The notes under the pieces: model-generated
Databases searched by the model: none
Told to the model about the DNA's origin: nothing
Seen by the model: the letters and a program-made list of their open reading frames with translations, nothing else
From: Azolla caroliniana
Taxonomy: Eukaryota; Plantae; Polypodiophyta
NCBI GenBank assembly: GCA_043228905.1
Contig: JBHGNT010000008.1
Coordinates: 22,134,001-22,198,000 of the forward strand
Length of the DNA: 64,000 nucleotides
Direction of reading: 5' to 3'
Position numbers and translations under genes: made by a program
Shown here: piece after piece, positions 1-12,862 of the stretch
Numbering within the stretch: the first letter of the stretch is position 1
Layout: each line of letters starts with the position of its first letter

Positions 1-152
1 ATTCTAGTTCAACATTAGTCTTTAGCATAATCTTGTAACAGTTCGTCTTGTTAATATAATTATACTCTCTTCTATCATTTTATCATATTCTCAACTGCAA
101 CCCTAGCAAACAACCCAATAGTTTGTTAGTGAGGGCGAATAGAGCCAACTTG

Positions 153-615
153 GAACTATGGCCTTATTATGAAAAAACCAAGTGGGTTATTGGTCGGTTG
201 GTGGGTTAAGTCATCATTTGGACATGCAACTCCTTTTATTGCTATGTGTTGAGCAATTCCTTGTGGTCACCGAGCGATCTCGACCCATTTCCATGCTAAT
301 TCCATGAGTTTCACTTTTTACCTATATCTCGTCAAACCTCTCTATCCACATAGACAATGGCTACCAAACTTGCTCATTAGCCTACTTAGAACTATGGCCT
401 TATTATGAAAAAACCAAGTGGGTTATTGGTCGGTTGGTGGGTTAAATCATCATTTGGACATGCAACTTCTTTTATTGCTATGTGTTGAGCAACTCCGTGC
501 GGTCACCAAGCGATCTCGATCCATTTCCATGCTAATTCCATGAATTTCACTTTTTACCTATATCTCGTCAAGCCTCTCTATCCACATAGACAATGTCTAC
601 CAAACTTGCTCATTA
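153..615. repeat. Direct tandem duplication, 2 x ~227 bp (153-379, 389-615)
   Basis: GAACTATGGCCTTATTATGAAAAAACC...CAAACTTGCTCATTA recurs at period 236 with few substitutions. Confidence 0.9.
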
Positions 616-715
616 TAACTCTAGTTCAAGGATCGCTCTATCTACATAAGGGGTAGGAGGGTTGTAAGGACATCTTCAAGTGGCATCCTTCTTGACAACT
701 ATAGTTGTAGAATAC

Positions 716-1156
716 TGTTGAGATATCAAGCTCAACTAGTTTAATCTAGTTAGTCAACACATGTAACTTAGTAGTTACCTAGATCGAATCTAATTAATGT
801 GTTGACCTTAAGCCTTTAAATAGGACCTTGTACTTAAGTGGGATATTCTAGATCCTCCACTCCTTAGTACATTTAATGTAGGACTTACACATAAGTACCT
901 ATGTTCTACCCACACATGTGCACCTTTGCACATGGGTTGTATATATACCTCATTGTGGGTATTTTTGAACGTTGATGACACTTTTCAATACAGTCAATCA
1001 TCCCCCATTTATCTTTGTGTTCAAGTGTAACTTCCTCTCTCTCTCTCTCTTCCTCTCACACACTCTCACGCGCATATCATACTAATCTTCCGCTGCTTAA
1101 CGTAACCATATAATTAGTCTCTAATTAACCCTAGTTAATTACCTAATTACTTAACA
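716..1156 (+). repeat. 5' LTR of Copia A
   Basis: TG...CA termini, near-identical to 19320-19758. Confidence 0.95.
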
Positions 1157-1168
1157 TGGTATCCGAGC
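1157..1168 (+). promoter_or_regulatory. Primer binding site (initiator tRNA-Met type) of Copia A
   Basis: TGGTATCCGAGC directly after the LTR; one mismatch to canonical TGGTATCAGAGC. Confidence 0.85.
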
Positions 1169-1325
1169 GCGTGGTTTAGGAAATCCACTAAGCTTATTCA
1201 TGATTGTGTGTTCGAGACGCCGACGACAAATCCCGGCTATTCGCTATCCGCTACCGTAGTGCCGCTACGAAGGACATGTACGCGACCAAGAGAAGAAAAA
1301 CAAAACGGAAGACACAACAATCAAC

Positions 1326-3874
1326 ATGAACAAACAAATGGGAAGCTCACTCCCTAGTGAAAAGCTAGACCGAAGCAACTATTCATCTTGGGAGTACAAG
1401 ATGAATCAATACCTTATCGGCCAAGGGTATTGGAGCTACATCAACGACGCACAAGAAAACAAACCCGAAATCACACACACCAACTACCCAATGTGGGAGC
1501 AAGGCGTGAGTCGGGTAATGTATTTCTTGGCAACATGTGTAAACGACCACATGCTTAGCCACATTCGTGACGCCAAGACGCCCAAAGAGGCGTGGGAAAA
1601 TCTCAAGAAGATTTTCACTACGGACACATCCGCACGCAAGATTCAACTCCGGCAAGAGTTGAACAACATACGACAAAAAGAAATGTCCGTGACGGACTAC
1701 ACCGCCAAGATCAAGAGCATTTGCGACTCGCTTGGCTCCATCAACGTCAACATCGACGAGGACGAGATGGTGCAAGTATGCTTGGGCGGCCTCGCACAAT
1801 GATTAAACCCGTTGAGAACGGCAATCTTGGCGAGAGATACCCCTCCCTCGTTCTTCAACCTCCAATCAATGCTATTGGTCGAAGTAAACCACGTTCAACG
1901 AAAGACCAACACATCGGAAGGACAAATGCTCTTCTCCGATACGGATGGTGCCCATAGACGAGGTCGACGCGGAAGAGGTCAATTCGACCTATCCCACGAA
2001 GGGCGTTCACAATTTCGGCAAGGAAACGGAAGCCATCGAGGAACCTTCACAAGAAGGGGGAACTTCCACGCCGAACAAGGTCGACAAACGACGCCACCTA
2101 TGTGCAACTATTGCGGCAAAATCGGCCATCGCGAAGAGGAGTGCCGAAAAAGACGAAGCGAGTCGGCCTCGACAAGCCGGCAACTCACAAATTACGCCGC
2201 GAACGCGGAATACGCGGACTACGACGGACTCTTCGTGATGAGGCATAGAGCGAACTCTATGATGGCCTCCGATCCTGCAAACTCCGCAAGCACCTCCAAC
2301 TCCGAACACGCGTGGTTCGTAGACTCCGACGCCTCGCACCACATGACGTCGCACCAAGAGTGGTTTCGCGACTTGCGAACGCCGGATTGACCCGGCTACA
2401 TAGAGACCGGAGACGACACTCTGCATCCCATTCAGCACATCGGCGATGTCCCATTCGGGAAAGAAGGAGAGCAAACATGCATCAAGAATGTCTTGCACGT
2501 GCCCACAATAACAAGGAATTTGGTCTCGATCGGCCAAATCGTGGAGCAAGGCATGCAAGTCCGCTTCAACAATGAAGGTTGCTTCATTGAGAAAGATGGC
2601 CGACTCATAGCCAAGGGACGGAGAGACGGTCGCTTGTTCATCCTCGACTCGAATGAGGTAAAATCGGCCATGTACGCCAAAGGTCTCAAGACCGAGACAA
2701 ACATCGAGTTGTGGCACAAGCGAATCGGCCACGTAAACCTCCAACGGCTTCGCGGAATGCAATCAAAGGGAATCGTAATCGGACTTCCGGCCTTCGAATC
2801 GAAACGAGTCAACCGAGTGTACGAAGGATGCCAACTCGGCAAACAACATCGACTCCCATTCCCGAAGGAGAGCTCCATAAGCAAAGGCCTTCTTGACATA
2901 ATCCACTCGGACGTATGGGGACCGGCTCAAACGCCGACACTCGGCTGATGCCACTACTACGTCACCTTCATCGACGACCAGTCGCGCTATGCGTGGATAT
3001 ATCCGATGAAGAAGAAGAGCGAAGTGCTCTCCCAGTTTCAAAGGCTCAAAAGCCAAGTGGAGAAAGAAACCGGTCGGCACATTCGATGCCTACGATCGGA
3101 CGGAGGAAAGGAGTACTTCTCCGACGAGTTCACCTTCTACCTCCAAGGTGAAGGCATTCGTAGAGAATTCTCATGCCGACACACTCCCCAACAAAACGGA
3201 GTAGCCGAGAGAAAGAATCGGCAAATACTTGAGGTAGCATGCGCCATGATGCGTGAGAAGCACATGCCGAACTTCTATTGGGCGGAAGCGCTATCCACGG
3301 CCGTCTATCTCATGAATCGATGCACCACAAATAGCGTGCACGAGCTTACTCCATACGAGATCTTTGTTTGAAGAAAGCCCATCCTCTTGCACCTCAAGGT
3401 GTTCAGAAGCATTGCGAATGTACGCATCCCGAACGAAAGTTGAGAGAAGCCCGACGCAAAGTCCGAAGAATGTATCCTCATGGGATACTTGTCCGCAAAA
3501 AAGGCGTACAAGTGCTTCAACCCTTCGACCCGAGTGGTGCGGATAAGTCGCGACGTCGTTTTCGACGAATCGGCATCTTGGTATAAGCCCGATGCGACTG
3601 CATCTGACCCGATCGAGGAAGAGTTGAACGCCAACTCGGACGACGAAACTCGGCCAAGTCCTCCACCGAAGGACAATCCAAGCTCTACCGAGCTAATTGG
3701 CCCACAAGAGCCTCCACGCGATGAAAACACGTCGCGGCAAAGTCCGACATCGGACAAAGGCAAAGGTAAGATGCCCAAATACGAAGTCGAGGTCCACCCC
3801 GACGACCATGATTCGGATGATTCCGCTCGCTCATTAGACAGTGAGTTCGGTGTACCCATCATGAGGACACCCGG
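1326..3874 (+). pseudogene. Copia gag-protease-integrase polyprotein with in-frame stops
   Basis: ORFs at 1326, 1812, 2493, 3006 and 3480 are in one frame: Gag, zinc knuckle CNYCGKIGHREEEC, protease WFVDSDASHHM, LWHKRIGH, integrase RSDGGKEY / TPQQNGVAERKNR. Confidence 0.92.
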
Positions 3875-3957
3875 TGTCGCGTTGTTACGCGCGTGTGTGG
3901 AGAAAGAGGCGGGACCACGGGGGCCTTGAACCGAGGAGCGAGAGAGAGAGAGATGCA

Positions 3958-4001
<44 letters not shown>

Positions 4002-4664
4002 TTTGCATATACACGGAAGCGAGAAGGAGGAGAACAAACGGAACCCTTAATTACAATAACAGTCGATTACAATAACAATCGATTACAATATCAAGAGATT
4101 ACAAACTCTGACGGTTACACCCGGCGATGGACCCGACACGGGGACCCTACTCACACACACAGACGGAACACACTGGACCCCGAAAATGTAGAAGGGAGAG
4201 CCTCTGCTGGAAGCACACGGGCTATCCACGAAGCAGAGGCAGCGAACTCCCGACACCCGCAGAGAATGACGGTCGGAGCAGGAGAGAGAGTTCGGCTCTC
4301 GGTCCTGCAACACTTCGTCCTCCTTAATGCGCGATATTTTTCCTTCCTTCTCTCCCTCCTTAAATAGTTCCCCAAAAGGGGTGCCCCCTTTTCCTTAGCC
4401 AACTGCTTTATTCCATGTCCTTGTCGACAGAGATACGCACAAAATCCCCTAATAAATGTGCACTATCTAATATTTACACCAGTCGCCCAAATTACGAATT
4501 ATGTACAATATATCAATCCTCGCGTCCACCCGTGTAAGAGCCGGTTCATGCGCCTTTTTCTTCAATTCCGCCTATGGCCGGTTTTCTTCACGACATCCAA
4601 CCCCACCAAACCGCGCATCCACCGGCATGCGCTAGAGACGGGTAGACACCGAAGAAAACCGGCT

Positions 4665-6435
4665 TCACTCGTCGTTCTCCGATTCTCCGCCGGACCCGAA
4701 CTGATCATTACTCTCGCTCGCCGGCTCCGGCTCGTCTTCGAACCGCTTCTTGAACTCTTTGATTCGCTTCCCGGCCACCGGCATTGCTAACCGTGTACCG
4801 TCGAGTTCCGTGAGGTGGTACGTGCCGTTGTCGTTCACGCTCGTCACCGTGTAGGGCCCGAACCATCTCCTAGCGAACTTTCACACCGCCTTGTGCTGAT
4901 TGTCGAGGCTGCTGTCGTATACCAAGACCCAGTCGCCTTCCTCGATCTTCTTTGGTCGCAACTGGTGCGTCCGGTTGAACCGGGTCTTATTCCGCTCCCT
5001 TGCTGCTCGCAACTTTTCTTTCGCTTGTATCACGTCCTCCGGCCTCCGCCGAGTTGTCAAATCCGCGCTGCCAGCAACTCCTCCCAGCTCATTTCGTCCT
5101 TCCAATCTACCGCCGCCCATGAAGAAACCGTCCGTTCCACCGGCATGATCGGCTTCTATCCGTACATCAGCTCTGCCGGCATAAACCCTGTCACCAAACT
5201 GTGCGTAGTTCGGTCCGCCCACAACGCGTAAGGAAGGAGTCGCGGCCAATTCCCGACCTGCCCTCCGCATGCACGCACCAATGCCTTTACGATCAGCCCG
5301 TGCCCACGTTCCACCTTTCCGTTCGCCTCCGGATTGTACACCGTAGTGAGGGAGAGTTTGACGCCTAGCCGGTCGAATAGTTCCTCAGCCTCCCACGCAT
5401 CCAGCTCTCCCCGGTTCGCCACGATCCTCCCGACGCACCCGTATCGACACACTACTTCTTCGATCAGGAACCGGCATACCGCCGCAGTTGTCTTGCTTTG
5501 CAGTGCACGGCCTTCCACCTGGTTCGTTAAGTCTTCCCGTGCAAGCACCAGGTATCGCATCTGTCCTACCCCCATCGATATCGTCACCAAGTCCACCATC
5601 CACTTGAAATGGACCGCAAGCGGGTAGGTCGGGTGTAGCTCGTCCCGGTGTCGGATTACGGAGTGCATCTGACAGCTTTCGCAAGTCGTTACGAACTGAT
5701 GCACGTCTTGGTACAGCCCCGAGCACCAGTATTTCTCCTTCAGCTTCTCGAACGTGGCCCACGTTCTGCGGTGTCCGGCCCAGGGGCTCTTGTGAAATGC
5801 CGCCAGTAGTTTCCCCTGTTCTTCTTTCTTTGCCACTACTCGGAGTGGGATGCCGCTTCTCTTCTTTGGGTGCCTCCATATGCACCCGTCCCGCAGGAAG
5901 AATCGGTATGCCTTCTTCCATACCCGGCTCGCCTCCTCTCTCGCCCATGCTGTGTCCGGCGTCATCGTCTGTAGGAACCTCCCGATTTGGAGCCACTCCC
6001 TGTCGTACCTGCTTTCGTCAAATTCGTTAAGCGCTGGAGTGTTCCTTTTCCTCGTCGTTACGTTAGCCGACCCGAAGAAGTCCTCGCCGACTTCTTCGTC
6101 ATCTGAAACCATGCCGTCTTCGTCGTTGAACCTTGCCCTCGAAAGCATGTCAGCCATGGTGTTGTCCTTTCCGGAGATGTGCCGTATTGCCGGGTTTAGG
6201 GACTTAATGTACGCTATCCACAGGAGCATTGCTAGGTCCGACGTTGCGCATCCGGAAACCATGCCGAGTATCGGCAGACAGTCCGTCTTGATGATCACTT
6301 CCGTCCCGATCAGATAATCCTTGTCGGCCTTGATTGCCAAAACGACACCCCAAAGCTCGCGCTTAACTTGGGTGTATCCTCGTTGCCGCTCGCTCAATAC
6401 CTTCGCCCCGAACTGGATCGGGAATCGTATGCCGT
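4665..6435 (-). pseudogene. RNaseH-integrase part of Gypsy B pol
   Basis: Closely matches element C pol (FGAKVLSERQRGY, CESCQMH, YNPEANGKVERGH, WFGPY), with frameshifts. Confidence 0.9.
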
Positions 6436-7216
6436 TGTCGTGAAGAAAACCGTCCATAGGCGGGATCGGCGCACCTAGGCGTGGGAACCGGTTCTTCACG
6501 CGCGCAAGCTCCAAGTAGTACGAAGAAGCGAGTTAGGAGGATAATCGGCAGGAACGGGCCCTAACACAAGTGGAGACAAAGACCGCGCGAACAGTCTTTT
6601 CGGTCGCGCGCGCGAGCTAAGGGACGGCACGAGTCGGCGGCGTAACTACGCGGATGCGTGAAGAATGGAGCGGATCCCTGTTCGAAAGGGACCGGGAATA
6701 AAGCTGACGGGACGGCCTGCTCGTCGGGCTATATAAGAGCAGGAAAGAGCTGTTGCAGACATCTAGCGCGGAGAGGACGAAGTGCTGTCGGACCGTTTCT
6801 GGACGCTTCTCTCTCTCTGTTTCCTTCCTTCTTGAGCTCCATAGCTTTCTGTGCAGGGTTCCAAGGAGGCTCGCGCTGTTTCGAGGAACGCCCGAGTGCT
6901 TCCGGCAGCCCCTTTGTGCGTCGAAGTGAACAGGCATCGGCATCTGTTCGCCGGCCTGTTCGGTTGTAACCAACCTGTGCCCCGTCGAGGGTTGTAGTCG
7001 TGTTAGCCATTTTTCTTAATACACATATTTAGTCATTCGCATCTGTCTGTGTCGGTGTCTGTTCGCGTTCACCGTGCTGAAGGGCCGCGTCCCTGTGTAT
7101 CCCCGGCCCTACGTAGCCGGTTCTCTCCCTTTCTCCTCCCTCGCTTGCTCTTTGGTTCGAGACCCCCGCGGTCCTGCCTCGTTTCCACACGCACTTGCGT
7201 AAAATCTCAACATCTT

Positions 7217-7234
7217 TGGTGAACCCGACGTGAA
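7217..7234 (+). promoter_or_regulatory. PBS complementary to the 3' end of tRNA-Trp
   Basis: TGGTGAACCCGACGTGAA is the reverse complement of TTCACGTCGGGTTCA-CCA, the plant tRNA-Trp 3' end; same PBS at 18238-18255 (-) and 41574-41591 (+). Confidence 0.85.
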
Positions 7235-7256
7235 AGAGGCGGCAGAAGAGCAGAAG

Positions 7257-9383
7257 ATGAGGGGGTCGGATCTCGCAGAGGCCATGGCTTCGGCCGTGGA
7301 TCGGATTGTAAACGCGCGCGAGAGCACCGGTGCCCTCGACAGAGCTATTGAGGCGGTCGTCGGCACGATCGGCCGGTTCGATGGGAAGGATGCCACGAAG
7401 TATTTGGCGTCCTACGGTGCAGAGATGCTGATGCGGGACATTCCGGAAGAAAGGCGTCTTGCCGGATTTCCCCGAGTGGCGATGCCGAGCATCCATGCGG
7501 AGGTGCTCGAGGTGCGGACGGAGAGCCGTACCTGGGAGGAGTTCGAAGGTCGGCTCCTAGAGAAATACGGGCTGGACGACGCGCTCCGGCTTTCGAAGCG
7601 AAGGTTCATGGAATGGGTGGAGTCCCCGGGGAAGGGAAGAAACGCGTCGGCGCTCCTCCGGGAGTTCGAGGAAAACTTTGCGCGCCTTTCGGCGCTCGAC
7701 CGAACCATCCTGGACACGAGCCAGGTCTTGCTGTTTGTCAAGTCGGTCGACGAGCGGGATCGGGAGCAAGTGGGCCTCTTGCTGGAAACCGAAGACGGGC
7801 TCACTACCGACTGGGCGGCTGTCAGGAAGGTCTGTGGCCGTTTCGACAAACGGCGAGAATGGGCGGATAACGGGGCGACCGGGTCGGGCTCGGTCGCAGC
7901 AAGGAAGCTCGAACCAGCGCCACAGGTGCGCAAGGAAGAGACCCGGGAGTGGTTGGAAACCGGTTCGGCTTCGACCGGCGTAGTCAGAGGCTCAACCGGA
8001 GGAGCGGCACTGGAGGAATTGACGAAGGCGATAAAGGACCTCCAAATCGCGCAGGCCCGAAGGGAAGGAGGCGAACCGGCTCGTGACCGACGGCCGGCGG
8101 CAGGAAACAGGTACATGTGGTGCGATGAAGTCGGCCACATTCGGAAGGACTGCGGCGACTTCGCGGAGGCGCTGAGGAACAGGGTGGTGTACCTGTGGGA
8201 AGGACGGGTGCATGCCAGCGACACCCGAAGGGCCCTGAGCCGAAACGACGGAAAGGGTGGTATGAAAAGGTTGATGGAAGAGGCGGCGGCCCGACACGCG
8301 GAAACCGTCCACTACTCGGCGTCGGCCGGCATTCGAGTCGGGGGCGGCGAGGCCCGAAGGGAAAGCAAAGCCGGATTCTGGCCGACGATGCTGGAAGGCC
8401 TTGCCGGTGCAAGGCTTAAAGGGGAGGACTCGGACCGTGCGGAGAAACGGGTACGGGAGATGACTGGGTGGAGCGACCCGGTCGAGGAAAGGACGGGCTT
8501 CGTGGAAGCCGCTTGCCAGAACTACGAGGCTCTGGTAGAAGAGAAGCGGGTGGGGAGACCCGGGACGACCGGGCCCTCACAACGATACGAGACCCGGTCC
8601 GGGCCACGACGGGACGAAGCCGGCGGGGCCGGTACGCAAGATAAACCCCAGAAGGGCGGGTACCGTCTGGGGACGGAGATAGAAAGGACCACGGACTTAC
8701 GAAAGGTCCTGGAGGAACGGATCCTCGACAGCAAGGTGGAGCTGTCGTTACGAGAGGTGCTGGGAATCGCCAAGAAGGAGTTCCACGACTCCATCGTGGA
8801 CTTGGTGAAACGGAAGAGGCTGTCGACGGAGACAGAATTGGAAAGACCGGTGGAAGTGCGGACGACGCACCTAGACGACATGGCGCTGGGAGACGAGTGG
8901 GCGGAAAGCCACTATTCGAGACCACACTGGGCCCGAGCGACCACGGAAACCCCGGTGAAGATCGGCGATGTCCGGGAACCGGTGATAGCTTTGGTGGACC
9001 ACGGATCGGAGATCAATTTGATGTCCATGGACTTCTATAAGAAGGGCAAATGGCCGATCAACACCAAGCACGGGTGGAAGATAAGGGCAGCAACGCGCGC
9101 CACCGAGGAACTGCACGGGGCCTGTCCGAATGTGCGAGTCAAGATTGGCGACGTCGAGATTGACCAGCACTTCTTCGTGCAGGAGACGTCTTCGCATCCG
9201 GTCATTCTAGGAGAGCCGTACATCACGGCGGCGCGAATGGAGACCAAAGTGCTGGACAATGGTTCGGCCTACGCGAGGGTCAAAAGCCAAGACGGGCGCC
9301 ATTCGGTCCAGTTTCTGACGGTACGGCCGAACCACGAACGTAATCGCGATTCCCTCGGTTCCGAAAACCGAGAGGATTTTTAG
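7257..9383 (+). CDS. gag: Gag-protease ORF of Gypsy C
   Basis: Open frame from MRGSDL; degenerate knuckle (Y)MWCDEVGHIRKDC; aspartic protease LVDHGSEINLM...VILGEP; ends GAG GAT TTT TAG. Confidence 0.9.
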   Translation: MRGSDLAEAMASAVDRIVNARESTGALDRAIEAVVGTIGRFDGKDATKYLASYGAEMLMRDIPEERRLAGFPRVAMPSIHAEVLEVRTESRTWEEFEGRLLEKYGLDDALRLSKRRFMEWVESPGKGRNASALLREFEENFARLSALDRTILDTSQVLLFVKSVDERDREQVGLLLETEDGLTTDWAAVRKVCGRFDKRREWADNGATGSGSVAARKLEPAPQVRKEETREWLETGSASTGVVRGSTGGAALEELTKAIKDLQIAQARREGGEPARDRRPAAGNRYMWCDEVGHIRKDCGDFAEALRNRVVYLWEGRVHASDTRRALSRNDGKGGMKRLMEEAAARHAETVHYSASAGIRVGGGEARRESKAGFWPTMLEGLAGARLKGEDSDRAEKRVREMTGWSDPVEERTGFVEAACQNYEALVEEKRVGRPGTTGPSQRYETRSGPRRDEAGGAGTQDKPQKGGYRLGTEIERTTDLRKVLEERILDSKVELSLREVLGIAKKEFHDSIVDLVKRKRLSTETELERPVEVRTTHLDDMALGDEWAESHYSRPHWARATTETPVKIGDVREPVIALVDHGSEINLMSMDFYKKGKWPINTKHGWKIRAATRATEELHGACPNVRVKIGDVEIDQHFFVQETSSHPVILGEPYITAARMETKVLDNGSAYARVKSQDGRHSVQFLTVRPNHERNRDSLGSENREDF

Positions 9384-12300
9384 AGAGGACTGCCAAGGCG
9401 TGGGGCCGCGACAGTCCGGATGCTCCGGAAAAACCCCACATCTGTACGATAAAACCGTGTACAATAGGTAGGAAATTTTGCTTCTCCGACAGCGGAGCAT
9501 GTACGATGGTCGGCATCACCGGCCGAGAGAAAACAAAGACGGAGGGGAGACTTCGGGCGTGCGGAGTTCTCGGCCCTGACGAAGGAGTCAACGGAGCCTT
9601 GGAGGCAGTCTCCTTCGACGACACCTTGGGAATGCTGGGGAAGGTAGTCGAAGAAGACCTTAACGAAGACCGGACGATACCGGTATGTTCCGAAGAAATG
9701 TACGAAGTCATCGCGGACTTCGGTCGAGGGCTGGAGTCGGAACGGACGGCCCGAGTGAGCACCAAGTACAAGACGGTGGACCGGAAGGTGAGGCCAGTTG
9801 CGGCGCCCTTACCGGAGGGCAGTGAATCCCGGATTAAAGGGGTTGCATCGGACCCCAGCTTACGAGATCGGGCCTGCATAGGACACACCTTCACCAACGA
9901 GACGCTCCGCGAGCTGAAGATCGGTGGGGGCGGGTTCCTACTGCCGGCGGAGGAAGACCGGTTCCGGAGAATGCTCGGAAGGCACGGGAAAGCCTTCGCA
10001 TTCTCGCCGGAGGAAATCGGGTGCGCGGACCCGACGATCGTAGAGCCGATGGTGATATTCACGGTACCTCATGTACCGTGGAATCTCAAGCCAATTTCGG
10101 TTCCGAGAGCTCACATCCCGAAGTTGATGGAGCTGTTGAAGCAGAAAGTTGATATGGGCATTCTCGAGCCGTCGAGCGCCCCGTATTCAAACCGCTGGTT
10201 TACCGTACCAAAGAAAAACGGATCATTGCGCTTCATTCAGGACCTGCAGCCGGTCAATAGAGTGACCATTCGGAACGCAGGGATCGGACCGACCATAGAC
10301 GAGTTCGCGGAGGCCTTCGCCGGAAGGTCGATTTACTCGGTCGGTGATCTATACTCGGGGTACGACCAGTTCCAGCTAGCCGTGGAAAGCAGAGACATTA
10401 CGACGATGCGAACTCCCCTCGGCCTAGTGCGGATGTGTACGCTGCCGCAAGGAGGGACCAACTCGGTGGCCCACATGGTGAATGCGATGAACAAGGTGCT
10501 GAGGGACTGCATCCCGGACATCACCATGCCGTTTCTAGACGACATCCCGATCAAGGGATGCCCGGTAGAAGAGAAGGACGAGACGGTCGGGCCGGACGGA
10601 TGCCGGCGATTCGTGATGGCGCACATCGACGACTGCGAGAAGGTGCTGCAAAGGCTAGAGGATGCGAGGCTCACCTTCTCGGGGGAGAAATCAGCCTTCG
10701 GGCAGTCGGAAATCATGGTGGTCGGACACTTATGTGGACCATATGGCCGGAAACCGTCTCCGGCAAAGGTAGAAGCCATCTCCGCGATGAAGCCCGACTG
10801 CAGCTCGGTCACGGAAGTACGAAGATTCCTGGGGGCATGCGCATTCTACCACATATGGATCCCGCATTACGCCCACGTTGCGGAGCCGCTATACGGATTA
10901 TTGAGGAAAGGGCGAAGATTCGAATGGCTAGACAAGCACACGGAGTCGGTCCGGAAGCTGAAGGAGGCTCTTTCGGCAGCACCGGCGCTTCGAAAGGCCG
11001 TCTACAGGAAGGGCACCCCAGTGTACATAACGGTTGACACGAGTCCGACCGGAATCGGGTGGGTCGTCAACCAAGAAGACGAGAACGGCAATCGGTTTCC
11101 GATCCGATTCGGCGCGAAGGTCCTCAGCGAACGGCAGCGAGGATACGCCCAGGTTAAACGCGAACTCTGGGGTATCGTTTCGGCGGTGAAGGCCGACAAG
11201 GACTATCTGATCGGGACGGAGGTAATCATAGAGACGGATTGCATGCCGATTCTCGGCATGGTTTCCGGATGCGCGACGCCGGACCTGGCAATGCTCAGGT
11301 GGATAGCGTACATCAAGTCCCTAGACCCGGTAATACGACACATTTCCGGGAAAGACAACGCCATGGCCGACATGCTTTCAAGGGCGAGATTCGATGACGA
11401 GGGCGGCATGGTTTCGGAGGACGAAGAGGTCGGCGTGGACTTCTTCGAGACTGCGTATGTAACAACCGACGGAACAAGCACTCCGGCGCTTAACGACTTC
11501 GACGCGAGCAAGTACGACGGGGAGTGGCTGCAGATCGGTGGGTTTTTGAAGACGCTGACGCCCGATGCGTCATGGACGAAGGACGAGGCCAACCGGATCC
11601 GGAAGAAAGCGTACCGGTTCTTTCTCCGGGATGGCTATCTATGGAAGCACCCGAAGAAGAGGGGCGGCGCTCCGCTCCGGGTGGTGGCGATGAAGGATGA
11701 ACAGGAGGAGCTGCTGACGGCCTACCACGACAGCCCTTGGGCTGGACACCGTGGAACATGGGCTACGTTTGAGAAACTGAAGGGGAAGTATTGGTGGCCG
11801 GGGCAGTACCAGGACGTGCATCGGTTCGTGACAACTTGCGAGAGCTGTCAGATGCACTCCATAGTCCGACATCGGGACGAGCTTCACCCCACGTACCCTC
11901 CGACCATCCACTTCAAATGGATGGTAGATCTGGTGACGATGCCAATGGGGGTAGGACAGATGCGGTACCTGGTCCTAGCGCGGGAGGATCTGACGAACCA
12001 GGTGGAAGGCCGGGCCCTTCCGAACAAAACGACCGCGGCCGTATGCCGGTTCCTAATCGAGGACGTGATATGCCGGTACGGGTGCATCGGGAAGATCGTG
12101 GCTGACCGAGGGGAGCTGGACGCCGAAGAAGCCGCGGAGCTGTTCGACCGGCTGGGAGTCAAGCTCTCGCTCACCACTGCGTACAATCCGGAGGCGAATG
12201 GAAAGGTGGAGCGCGGACACGGACCGATCGTCAAGGCGTTGGTTCGGGCATGCGGAGGCCGAGTCGGTAACTAGCCGCGGCTGCTACCTTATGCTTTGTG

Positions 12301-12862
12301 GGCAGACCGGACCACGCACAGTTCGGTAACCGGGTACATGCCGACGGAGCTCATGTTCGGCCAGAAGCCGATCATGCCGATGGAACGGACGATCTCCTCG
12401 TGGGCAACGGTCGACTGGAGGGACGAGATGAGCCGGGAGGAGTTGTTGGCCGCGCGCATACGACAGCTCGAGCGGAGACCGGAGGACGTGGAACTGACTG
12501 CGGAGAAGCTCCGAGTGGCGAGGAAAAAGAACAAAGCCAGGTTCGACCGAACGCACCGGCTCCGACCGAAGAAAATCGAAGAAGGTGACTGGGTGCTCGT
12601 CTACGATAGCAGCCTCGACAACCAGCACCGAGCTACACGGAAGTTCGCACGAAGGTGGTTCGGGCCTTACGTGGTACAGAGCGCCAATGACAACGGGACA
12701 TATCACCTGGCGGAACTCGACGGCACGAGAATGGCGATACCGGTTGTAGGGAAGCGGATCAAAGCGTTCAAGAAGCGACACGACGACGAGCCAGACCCGG
12801 CTCTCCTGGTCGGCAGTGACGAACGATCCGAAAACGAGGAAGAACCGACGGGCGAGGAATGA
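9374..12862 (+). CDS. pol: RT-RNaseH-integrase of Gypsy C in the -1 frame, one premature stop at 12272-12274
   Basis: Frame open from the slippery site to 12274; RT LPQG...FLDD, RNaseH VDTS, integrase HHCC and DDE, GPY motif; TAG where element B has Trp; ORF 12296-12862 continues in frame. Confidence 0.9.

Noticed and set aside
1800-3443. Repeated in-frame TGA codons in Copia A as possible recoding
   Set aside because: Consistent with point-mutation decay; no shared readthrough context or SECIS-like signal seen.
6617-7010. Duplicated ORFs at 6617-7010 and 13115-13508
   Set aside because: They lie in the two LTRs of element C, so the duplication is trivial; B and D LTRs do not share them.
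12272-12274. Possible programmed stop readthrough in C integrase (TAG)
   Set aside because: Element B has TGG here; a single G>A mutation explains it.
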